From a virus, in the UHGV virus genome UHGV-0275541: a DNA stretch of 33,641 nucleotides; one strand, 5' to 3'. The position numbers and the translations under genes were made by a program. Below, one piece after another: positions 26,459-33,641 of this stretch (the first letter of the stretch is position 1; each line of letters opens with the position of its first letter). The notes below the pieces were generated by a model that worked only from the letters and a program-made list of their open reading frames with translations, searched no databases and was not told the DNA's origin.

Positions 26459-27068
26459 AAAAATTCTCCCTGCTTATCCGTTTGTGCAGTACAGAGATGA
26501 TCCGAATGTTGTTGCGTTCTTTGATGCATACAATGAAATTGCTCAGGAATACCTCGATTCACTCAACAATCTGGCATTGCCATGCTGGACATCGGAATCA
26601 ATAACCGGGCAATTGCTGGACTGGATTGCTCTCGGGATTTATGGCGTTGAAAGGCCTTTACTACAGGTTTCCGAGGAGGCTATTGCACGCGGCGCATACG
26701 ATACCATTGAATACAATACAATCCCTTATGCGGCAATGCGGAATTATGTTCCGGGGCAGGCATCGTATGTTCCGGATGATTATTTCAAGCGAATATTAAC
26801 TTGGAATTTTTATAAGGCTGACGGTTCGCATTTCTGCATTGACTGGTTAAAGCGCCGTGTGGCACGGTTCATTCATGGGAAAAACGGAATAGACCCGCCG
26901 TTGCAGCACACTTTTGATGTGAGCGTGACTGTATCGGACAGTGTTTTTTCTATTCAGATACCAGAATATGGTGATGGTATAGGCTATTTTCTGAAAGATG
27001 CCATTGACCAGAAATATGTAAAACTCCCTTTTATTTATTCCTATGCAACAACGGTGATTCAAAAATGA
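26442..27068 (+). CDS. putative baseplate/tail protein (gpI-like position)
   Basis: 208 aa from ATG 26442 overlapping the previous gene by 17 nt; stop overlaps tail-fibre ATG (ATGA). Confidence 0.4.
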   Translation: MQYLTEKILPAYPFVQYRDDPNVVAFFDAYNEIAQEYLDSLNNLALPCWTSESITGQLLDWIALGIYGVERPLLQVSEEAIARGAYDTIEYNTIPYAAMRNYVPGQASYVPDDYFKRILTWNFYKADGSHFCIDWLKRRVARFIHGKNGIDPPLQHTFDVSVTVSDSVFSIQIPEYGDGIGYFLKDAIDQKYVKLPFIYSYATTVIQK

Positions 27069-28618
27069 TTCTTGGATTCGGAAATAACGTTGTTTCAGCA
27101 CTGGCTGGTGATATTACGACGATTCAGACTGATATTCCGGTGATGCCGGGCACGGGAGCTAAATTTGCAAAATTGCTTTCTGCCGATTTTGAAAATAAAT
27201 CGAACGGGCAACGCGTCTATGCAAAAATTACGCTTACCGATAATAAAGAGTCTGCATTTGAGATTTGTCACCTGGTATCGGTAAGCGGTGATGTGCTGAA
27301 AGTCATTCGTGGGCAGGAAGGAACAACCGCGAAAGGTTGGTCCCTTAATGACGTTGTGGCTAACTTTGCCACGCGTGGATCGGAAAACTATTTCGTACAG
27401 ATAGCGCAGCTTCAGAGCGGTCATTATATTGCGGGTGTTACTGGTGGCACTGCAAACGCACTGACGCTGGAACTTCCCTCGACGTTTTTTGTTAATGGAG
27501 GTACAGATTGGACGCTACGAACTCCGATTATAGTTTTCCCCGTTCAGAACAATACCAACGCGGCGACACTTCAACTAACACTAGGCGGAAAGGTTCTTGG
27601 TACGTTCCCACTTTATAAGGGGAACAAGTTCGAGCTGGTAGCGAATGATATCATTAAGGGTATTCCTTTGATTTGCCTTCTTGATAGCGAGAAAAGCTAT
27701 TTCAGTGTGATAAACCCCGGCAATATCTATTCAGATTTTGATCTGCGATATGTAAAAAAATCTGGTGATTTGATGACCGGGGAGCTGAAAATACGTGGTG
27801 TTAATGCATTGAGGATTTTTAACGAGGCTTTTGGCCTTATTTTTCGCCGTTCTGAAGAGTGCCTGCACCTTATCCCTACTAGTGAAGGTCAGGGCGAGAA
27901 TGGAGATATTGGTCCCCTGCGTCCGCTCACCATTAATTTGCGGACAGGAGAGATATCCATGTCGCATAAAGTGTCTGTTGGCGGTGGTTCTCAGGTCAAT
28001 GGTGCACTGGGTATCGGCGTTAAGAACGCGCTGGGCGGAAACTCAATTGCTCTCGGGGATAACGATACAGGTATAAAACAAAACGGCGACGGCATTCTGG
28101 ATGTTTATGCGAATGGACAGCATGTATTTCGTTTCCGGAATGGTGTGGCGATAGCGTTAAAAAATATTCAGGCCGGAAATGCTAAAAAATTCACGTTATC
28201 CAGCGCCAACAACTCCACGAAAAACGCAACGTTTAATTTATGGGGTAATTCATCCCGACCTGTAGTTGCAGAGCTTGGTGATGATTCCGGCTGGCATTTT
28301 TACAGCCAGAGAAATACCGATGGCAGTATCACATTCGCTGTAAACGGACAGATGACCCCATCAAACTATGGAAATTTCGATGCCCGTTATCAGCAGCGAA
28401 ATGGCGGCGTGCAGGATGTGCGTTATGGTTCCGAAATGTATTACAAACCGGAAGGTAACCAAGTATCCTGGACATTTCGCTCACCTTCAGGCCACGGGTT
28501 ATCCGGTATTAATGTGCAGGAAACCGGAAGTAATTCGGCAGATAACATCGGCGGCGTGTATTATCGACCGCTTCAGAAACTGATTAACGGCACCTGGTAT
28601 AACGTGGCGAGTGTTTAA
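27065..28618 (+). CDS. tail fibre protein (set 1)
   Basis: 517 aa; contains the conserved tail-fibre motif RYVKKSGDLMTGEL; Gly/Asn-rich C-terminal receptor-binding-like region; followed by a Tfa-type chaperone. Confidence 0.7.
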   Translation: MILGFGNNVVSALAGDITTIQTDIPVMPGTGAKFAKLLSADFENKSNGQRVYAKITLTDNKESAFEICHLVSVSGDVLKVIRGQEGTTAKGWSLNDVVANFATRGSENYFVQIAQLQSGHYIAGVTGGTANALTLELPSTFFVNGGTDWTLRTPIIVFPVQNNTNAATLQLTLGGKVLGTFPLYKGNKFELVANDIIKGIPLICLLDSEKSYFSVINPGNIYSDFDLRYVKKSGDLMTGELKIRGVNALRIFNEAFGLIFRRSEECLHLIPTSEGQGENGDIGPLRPLTINLRTGEISMSHKVSVGGGSQVNGALGIGVKNALGGNSIALGDNDTGIKQNGDGILDVYANGQHVFRFRNGVAIALKNIQAGNAKKFTLSSANNSTKNATFNLWGNSSRPVVAELGDDSGWHFYSQRNTDGSITFAVNGQMTPSNYGNFDARYQQRNGGVQDVRYGSEMYYKPEGNQVSWTFRSPSGHGLSGINVQETGSNSADNIGGVYYRPLQKLINGTWYNVASV

Positions 28619-28620
28619 CA

Positions 28621-29166
28621 ATGTTGCATTTAAAAAATATTACTGCAGGCAATCCGAAAACCGCAGAACAATATCAGATGACAAAACAACATGGTATCAC
28701 CTGGCTTTTTTCGGAGGATGACAGAAACTGGTATGAAGAGCTGAAAAATTTTGCCAGTGACACCATAAAAATGGTTTACACCGGAGACGGGCGCGTGGTG
28801 TGGGTCGGTAAGGATGTGACAGGTATTGAACCCCGTAACGCTAGTGTTATTGAAGTTCCTGATATTACCGCTAACCGCCGTATTACCGTGCCTGGTTACT
28901 GGTTTTACCGCGACGATAAATTTGTCTTCGACTACAAACTTAAAGCGGAAGATGAGCGCGATGCCCTGTTACAACGGGCCAGCATCATGACCAGCGAATG
29001 GGAAAAAGACCTGCTGCTGGGATTAATCAGCGACGAAGACAGGGAAAAACTGAAAGCGTACCGTATATACGCGAAATCGCTGCAGGCGATGGATTTCAGC
29101 ACCATCGCTGATAAAAGCTCATATAACGCCATTGAATGGCCCGTCTCTCCGGAAGCCTCTTCCTGA
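28621..29166 (+). CDS. tail fibre assembly protein (Tfa-like, set 1)
   Basis: 181 aa; C-terminal ...KLKAYRIYAKSLQAMDFSTIADKSSYNAIEWPVSPE resembles the conserved C-terminus of lambda Tfa (...[25 protein letters not shown], from memory). Confidence 0.7.
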   Translation: MLHLKNITAGNPKTAEQYQMTKQHGITWLFSEDDRNWYEELKNFASDTIKMVYTGDGRVVWVGKDVTGIEPRNASVIEVPDITANRRITVPGYWFYRDDKFVFDYKLKAEDERDALLQRASIMTSEWEKDLLLGLISDEDREKLKAYRIYAKSLQAMDFSTIADKSSYNAIEWPVSPEASS

Positions 29167-29189
29167 TTTAATTTATTGCGAGAAAAACT

Positions 29190-30614
29190 ATGTCTGTAGT
29201 GATATCAGGTGCGCTGATTGATGGCGCAGGCATCCCCATGTCCGGATGCCACATTATTCTGAAATCCCGGGTAAACACCTCAGAGGTGGTGATGCGCACA
29301 GTTGCCGACGTGGTGACAGGCAACTGTGGCGAGTACTGTTTTAAGGCGCAGACCGGAAAATATTGCGTATATCTGAAACAGGACTGGTGCGATGAGTACT
29401 GTGTTGGCGACATTGCTGTATACGACGACTCAAAGCCCGGCACGCTGAATGACTTTCTGACTGCCCTTGATGAAAGCGATTTAAAGCCGGATGTAGTGAA
29501 GCGCTTTGAGGAAATAGTGGCGCAGGCGCAGCAGAGCGCCGAAGCCGCAACGGAAAGCGAGCAGCAGGCAGGGAAACATGCAGGCGCAGCCGCCCGTGCA
29601 AAAGAAGAGGTAAAAAACCTGGCGGAAGGTGTTCAGCAGAACGCCGACGCGGTTGCGGAGGGTAAACAACAGGCCGAAAATCTGGTCTCACGGGTTGAGG
29701 ATACCGCCGCAGAGGTCAGGCAGGACGCTGAAGCCGCGAAAAAGGCCGCATCTGATGCAGAGCATGTCAGGGAGGATATTGATACTGCGTTATCTGCGAC
29801 ACTGAAAACGGCGAATCGTTTATCAGAGCTGGCTGATGAAGGTGAAGAGGCTCAGCAGGAATCCCGTGCTAATCTTGGACTGAAAAGCGCTGCCACAATG
29901 ACGCCACAGAGCGACATTCGTGACCGGACTGAAGGGCGTCTGGCGACACCTGGCGCATTTGGTTTTGGGCATATTTTTTTGCCCGCAGAGCGTATCCGTT
30001 TTAACACAGAGGATGATTTTCTGTCCTGGGTAAGGAATGCGACGCCGGGTGAATATTTTGTTGAGGGTGGCAGTAAAATCATATCCGGAGGTGTGTTGTT
30101 TAACGGGGTGGTCAGCATCCGCTGGGTTGAGGCACGCAATAATCCACCGGAACCGCGATATACAGCAAAGGTCATTATTTTCTACGGTATTAATGGCGAT
30201 GTTTATTACAACCGCTACTGGACAACAGGTAATGGTTATCTGACTGGCTGGGAAAATCTGAAGATTACCTCACAGGACATTATCTCTCTTCTGTCCGGTA
30301 TTGCTCCCGGTACCACGGACGGCTGGTACGGTGCAGGCAGTCTTGTACTGGCGGCTTATAACGGTAAGGGAGACGCAGACACCGACCGCCGGATAAAACG
30401 CGGTTACAGCTATCCGGGTTCACGCCTGAGCGCGGTTGAATTTATGTGTCACGGCACGACCGGTAGCGGGGTTGGATATAACGGCAGCGTTTCCGTATAT
30501 GTGCGGGGTTCTGGTGGTGGTATGCCGGGGTCATATCGGGCACTGTCAGGTGATGGGCTCGGGTCTGCCGGGTCAGCCAGTGTCATGATTGGTTTGTTCA
30601 TACGTATTGCGTAG
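29190..30614 (+). CDS. side tail fibre protein (lambda Stf-like N-terminal domain; divergent C-terminal domain; set 2)
   Basis: 474 aa; N-terminus MSVVISGALIDGAGIPMSGCHIILKSRVNTSEVV...VYDDSKPGTLNDFL aligns by eye with lambda Stf N-terminus (MAVKISGVLKDGTGKPVQNCTIQLKARRNSTTVV...VYEDSQPGTLNDFL); A/E/Q-rich coiled-coil region follows. Confidence 0.75.
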   Translation: MSVVISGALIDGAGIPMSGCHIILKSRVNTSEVVMRTVADVVTGNCGEYCFKAQTGKYCVYLKQDWCDEYCVGDIAVYDDSKPGTLNDFLTALDESDLKPDVVKRFEEIVAQAQQSAEAATESEQQAGKHAGAAARAKEEVKNLAEGVQQNADAVAEGKQQAENLVSRVEDTAAEVRQDAEAAKKAASDAEHVREDIDTALSATLKTANRLSELADEGEEAQQESRANLGLKSAATMTPQSDIRDRTEGRLATPGAFGFGHIFLPAERIRFNTEDDFLSWVRNATPGEYFVEGGSKIISGGVLFNGVVSIRWVEARNNPPEPRYTAKVIIFYGINGDVYYNRYWTTGNGYLTGWENLKITSQDIISLLSGIAPGTTDGWYGAGSLVLAAYNGKGDADTDRRIKRGYSYPGSRLSAVEFMCHGTTGSGVGYNGSVSVYVRGSGGGMPGSYRALSGDGLGSAGSASVMIGLFIRIA

Positions 30615-30621
30615 GTGATTT

Positions 30622-31185
30622 ATGGAAGTAAAAAAAATCGAAAATGCGCGCTGGCTGGAAAGCGGCGCGATTGACTGCGACGTATTGTTTGAGGGGATGG
30701 ACGAAGCCCTGCCATATACAGCGACAGCAGACGATACCGCACCGACGGGCCAGCAAATCTGGCAGGAACTGCAAAGCGGCAAATGGGGTGAAATCGCCCC
30801 GCTTACCGTCACACCAGAAATGCTGGAAGCGGCAAAAGCAGCCAAACGCCGGGAAATCGAAGCATGGCGCACAGAACAGGAGGCTCTGCCGTTCACGTTC
30901 GAATGGAATGGTCGCACCTGGAACGCTGGCCCCGACTCAATGGCTCGTCTTTATCCGGCAGTAATGGCATCAAAGTCTGACACAGCGCGAAAAACCATGG
31001 TATGGGGCGATGCGGAAAACCAGCAGGTGAAGCTGTCAATGCCGGAACTGGAAGAACTGGCAGCAGCAATGGCGCAGGCTGTTGTTGAACGCAATGACGA
31101 GATTTATCGCCGTCAGCGAGAGAAGAAAGAAGCGTTAGACACTCTGGAGGATTTAGATGCGATACGAGCATTTAATGTTGAGTAA
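30622..31185 (+). CDS. putative tail fibre assembly/chaperone-like protein (set 2)
   Basis: 187 aa directly after the Stf-like gene; assignment by position; not similar to the Tfa at 28621. Confidence 0.4.
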   Translation: MEVKKIENARWLESGAIDCDVLFEGMDEALPYTATADDTAPTGQQIWQELQSGKWGEIAPLTVTPEMLEAAKAAKRREIEAWRTEQEALPFTFEWNGRTWNAGPDSMARLYPAVMASKSDTARKTMVWGDAENQQVKLSMPELEELAAAMAQAVVERNDEIYRRQREKKEALDTLEDLDAIRAFNVE

Positions 31186-31361
31186 CGAATAGGTCGCAGT
31201 GAGTTGTTCTGGTATCTGAAGAATGAGGCTCCGGTTGCTGGCTGCAGTCGGAGGTTTATGATGTGTACTCTCACATTGTTGAAGAAATCAATTGCGCAAT
31301 TGGAGAGCAAGAACGTAAGAAAACAAGAGAAAGTCTACAATCGCTTGTAGGGCGTCACTTC

Positions 31362-31391
31362 TTGATTTTTGCATAAATTTTATGATAAAAT
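31362..31391 (+). promoter_or_regulatory. candidate sigma70 promoter for the two-gene inserted operon
   Basis: -35 TTGATT (31362-31367), 18-bp spacer, -10 TAAAAT (31386-31391), in an AT-rich intergenic region about 30 nt upstream of the RBS. Confidence 0.4.
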
Positions 31392-31421
31392 CATGAAGTA
31401 AAAGTGATGGGAGAAACTTTC

Positions 31422-32093
31422 ATGAATATGCCTCATTGTGTTCTGCATACAGGAATTGATTCGGATTTTGTACTTAGTAAACTGGGCTTTACAGAAAATG
31501 ATATTCGCGATGCGTTAATGTCTGCTTTATACGAGCGATGCAAATCCAGTAAGCTCCACCCTAAAGTGGATGCTGGATTCCGCTTTTGGAGTGAGATGGT
31601 TGCCGCGCTTCGCCGTATTCTGATTGGTAAGGGTAACGGCTGGTCTTCTGAAGTAGTCAATCGCATGGAAATGGTCGTTAATTCAAGCAAAGGGGTTAAT
31701 CTGATTATTACCTCAGGTGACGGACATACCGGGCGTCCTGATGGATTGCCTAAAACCAAAAATGCAAAGGGAGAGGCAACTCGCTCGATTGTTCACAACA
31801 ATCCGGGTACATTCGATATGTTCCAAGCAGACACCTTACATTCAGGCAAAGCTGAGATCACGCCGATAGATAGCACCCGAACTTATATCGTTCTGTATTA
31901 TTATGATGCGGCAAATAAAGAAATTCGCTGTGAGGTGTCGTATCCGGTAGGGATGGTGAATCAGGACGGATTTGCCAGAGTAAGCGCGTGGAGTGAGCGA
32001 ATTATTTTAGCTCCTCTGCAATTTGAAGGTGCGGATATTTTCCCTGAACAGGATTTTGATGATGACATATCAATTTCAGTTGAAAGCAAATGA
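31422..32093 (+). CDS. hypothetical protein, no recognisable family (candidate effector/toxin partner of the HTH-peptidase gene)
   Basis: 223 aa from ATG 31422 (GGGAGA RBS 7 nt upstream); AT-rich; stop overlaps downstream start (ATGA at 32090-32093), indicating translational coupling. Confidence 0.6.
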   Translation: MNMPHCVLHTGIDSDFVLSKLGFTENDIRDALMSALYERCKSSKLHPKVDAGFRFWSEMVAALRRILIGKGNGWSSEVVNRMEMVVNSSKGVNLIITSGDGHTGRPDGLPKTKNAKGEATRSIVHNNPGTFDMFQADTLHSGKAEITPIDSTRTYIVLYYYDAANKEIRCEVSYPVGMVNQDGFARVSAWSERIILAPLQFEGADIFPEQDFDDDISISVESK

Positions 32094-33196
32094 GTAACAC
32101 TGTTGATGATGTCAAACGTCTTTTTAATCCGTCTCGACTAAAGCTAGCGCGGATCAGACGCAAACTGACCTTGGCAGAACTGGCGAGGCGAACCGGGTTA
32201 TCTAGTCGTATCGTAATTGAATACGAAAAAGATTATTGTCTTTATGCACCCACGGCAGAGACGGTACGCGCATACGCTAGTGCTTTAAATTATCCAGAGG
32301 CTTTTTTCTTTGGCGATGATGTTGAAACAATTGATCCATTGACTGTTTCATTTCGTTCATTACGCACAACAAAAGCTGCTGACCAGCATGCGGCAATTGG
32401 TGCAGGTGCTTTAGGGGTTATGCTTAGCGATTATTTTAATGCTCGCTTTACTCTTCCTTCGCCTCAATTGCCGAATCTCCGTGGAAGTGAGCCTGAGGTC
32501 GCTGCCCAAGCGATACGCGAGGCTTGGGGGATTGGTAAGAAGAGTATCACCAATGTTGTTCATCTACTTGAGAAATTTGGAGTTAAGGTGTTCTGGCTTT
32601 CAGAGGAAACAGCGAGTATTGATGCTTTTTCGTTCTGGAAAGATGATGTCCCTTATATCTTTCTTAACACACGCAAGTCAGGTGAACGCAGCCGTTTTGA
32701 TGCCGCACATGAATTGGCTCACCTAGTACTTCATCGTCAAGGGGAAGTCAAAGGGCAGGATGCTGAGCGTGAAGCGGATGCTTTTGCTTCTGCATTTCTA
32801 ATGCCTCAGGAAAACGTGATGGCCGTTAAGATGGTGGTCCCGACGTTTGATAAAATTGTGCAATTGAAATCACTCTGGAAAGTTTCGGCTATGGCCCTGA
32901 TTGTCAGAATGCGCAATCTAAATATGCTGACGGAATGGCAGTATAATAGTTTGATGCGTGATGCGACGGCAAAGGGGTATCGAACCGGCGAGCCGGGGGG
33001 AATTGAGCGCGAAAGATCACTCGTTATAGAAAAAATGATGACTGCTCTGGCTGGAGACGGCATTTATCTGGCTCAGTTGAGTGATGAGCTTAACGTACCT
33101 CTCGATGAATTGAGTAGTTTGCTTTATGGAGTTGCGGCAATTAGTGGCGGAAATAGCAAAAGAACACCATCAAGGGCTTCGCTCCGACTAGTATGA
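32090..33196 (+). CDS. HTH-XRE DNA-binding domain fused to ImmA/IrrE-family (M78, COG2856) zinc metallopeptidase
   Basis: 368 aa; N-terminal XRE-type HTH (LKLARIRRKLTLAELARRTGLSSRIVIEYE); HExxH motif HELAHLVLH followed by EREADAFASAFLMP, the characteristic ImmA/IrrE signature. Confidence 0.8.
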   Translation: MSNTVDDVKRLFNPSRLKLARIRRKLTLAELARRTGLSSRIVIEYEKDYCLYAPTAETVRAYASALNYPEAFFFGDDVETIDPLTVSFRSLRTTKAADQHAAIGAGALGVMLSDYFNARFTLPSPQLPNLRGSEPEVAAQAIREAWGIGKKSITNVVHLLEKFGVKVFWLSEETASIDAFSFWKDDVPYIFLNTRKSGERSRFDAAHELAHLVLHRQGEVKGQDAEREADAFASAFLMPQENVMAVKMVVPTFDKIVQLKSLWKVSAMALIVRMRNLNMLTEWQYNSLMRDATAKGYRTGEPGGIERERSLVIEKMMTALAGDGIYLAQLSDELNVPLDELSSLLYGVAAISGGNSKRTPSRASLRLV

Positions 33197-33250
33197 CCCG
33201 TAAATGCTCACATCTGGAGTCGTAGTGAACGTCTTTTGGGCCTGAAAAGT

Positions 33251-33286
33251 AAATCCCCAGTTGTTGCTGACAACTGGGGATTTTTA
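33251..33286. terminator. strong bidirectional intrinsic terminator closing the two-gene operon
   Basis: 10-bp stem TCCCCAGTTG(33254-33263)/CAACTGGGGA(33271-33280), 7-nt loop, T5; A-run upstream. Confidence 0.85.
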
Positions 33287-33371
33287 AAACAGCATATAAA
33301 TCGTAAAGGATATTGTCATATGCCTTATTCAAGAACGTGCTGAGGTTGAGAAGTTTTGGAATTTTTTCGGT

Positions 33372-33421
33372 GGCAAAAATGGGGCAAAACGCTGCAAAAG
33401 GGGCAAAAATGGGGCAACAAA
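33372..33421. repeat. cluster of 4-5 direct GGGGCAAAA-like repeats with about 10-11 bp phasing (phased A-tracts)
   Basis: tGGCAAAAAtGGGGCAAAAcgctGCAAAAGGGGCAAAAAtGGGGCAACAAAAg; too short and spacer-less for CRISPR. Confidence 0.6.
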
Positions 33422-33641
33422 AGAGTGGGTTATCGTAGCTTATTGTTGTCGCTGATAATGTTTAACATATTGAAAAATAAATAAAATACTTATGAGTCAG
33501 ATAGTTGTGATTTTTGCCCTTACTTGTTCAGGTTGTATTGTTCTTTCTTACTAATTTCTTGATTTTGCGACATTTAAAAGCGACTCAATTCGTTATATGG
33601 CATCAGAAGAGTATGCGTCATGCCGGAACGCCCAGCATAAG

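Noticed and set aside
27065-31185. Mu G-segment-like invertible tail-fibre switch
   Set aside because: Both fibre/chaperone pairs are on the same strand, and no invertase gene or flanking inverted repeats were seen.
33141-33332. 63-aa minus-strand ORF across the terminal terminator
   Set aside because: Spans the 10-bp-stem terminator hairpin and overlaps the 3' end of the HTH-peptidase gene; no RBS.
33372-33421. Possible CRISPR array
   Set aside because: Repeat units are only about 9-11 bp, contiguous and without spacers; no cas genes. Better explained as phased A-tracts or binding sites.

Overview
The window is almost entirely the late region of a prophage in an enterobacterial (E. coli-like) background, with every convincing gene on the + strand. 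Order: lambdoid nin/Q antitermination region, orphan DNA methyltransferase, one intact tRNA-Gly plus a degenerate tRNA-like element, an ORF-free slot with three terminators, lysis cassette (two membrane proteins + GH108-type endolysin), terminase small/large, portal, head genes, a contractile-tail module (sheath/tube, chaperone with a -1 frameshift site, tape measure, baseplate) and two tail-fibre/chaperone sets. Three AT-rich insertions stand out as candidate accessory systems: (i) a two-gene operon after the last tail-fibre chaperone encoding an unrecognised 223-aa protein translationally coupled to an HTH-XRE/ImmA-IrrE metallopeptidase fusion; (ii) a stand-alone HsdR-N-like PD-(D/E)xK nuclease inserted between baseplate genes; (iii) small membrane/lipoprotein ORFs after the endolysin. 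A ~70-bp hairpin-plus-RBS module occurs twice (about 5.15 kb and 23.3 kb). All family assignments come from reading motifs by eye and from memory; no database search was run. Coordinates of starts are my own choices from RBS and overlap context.
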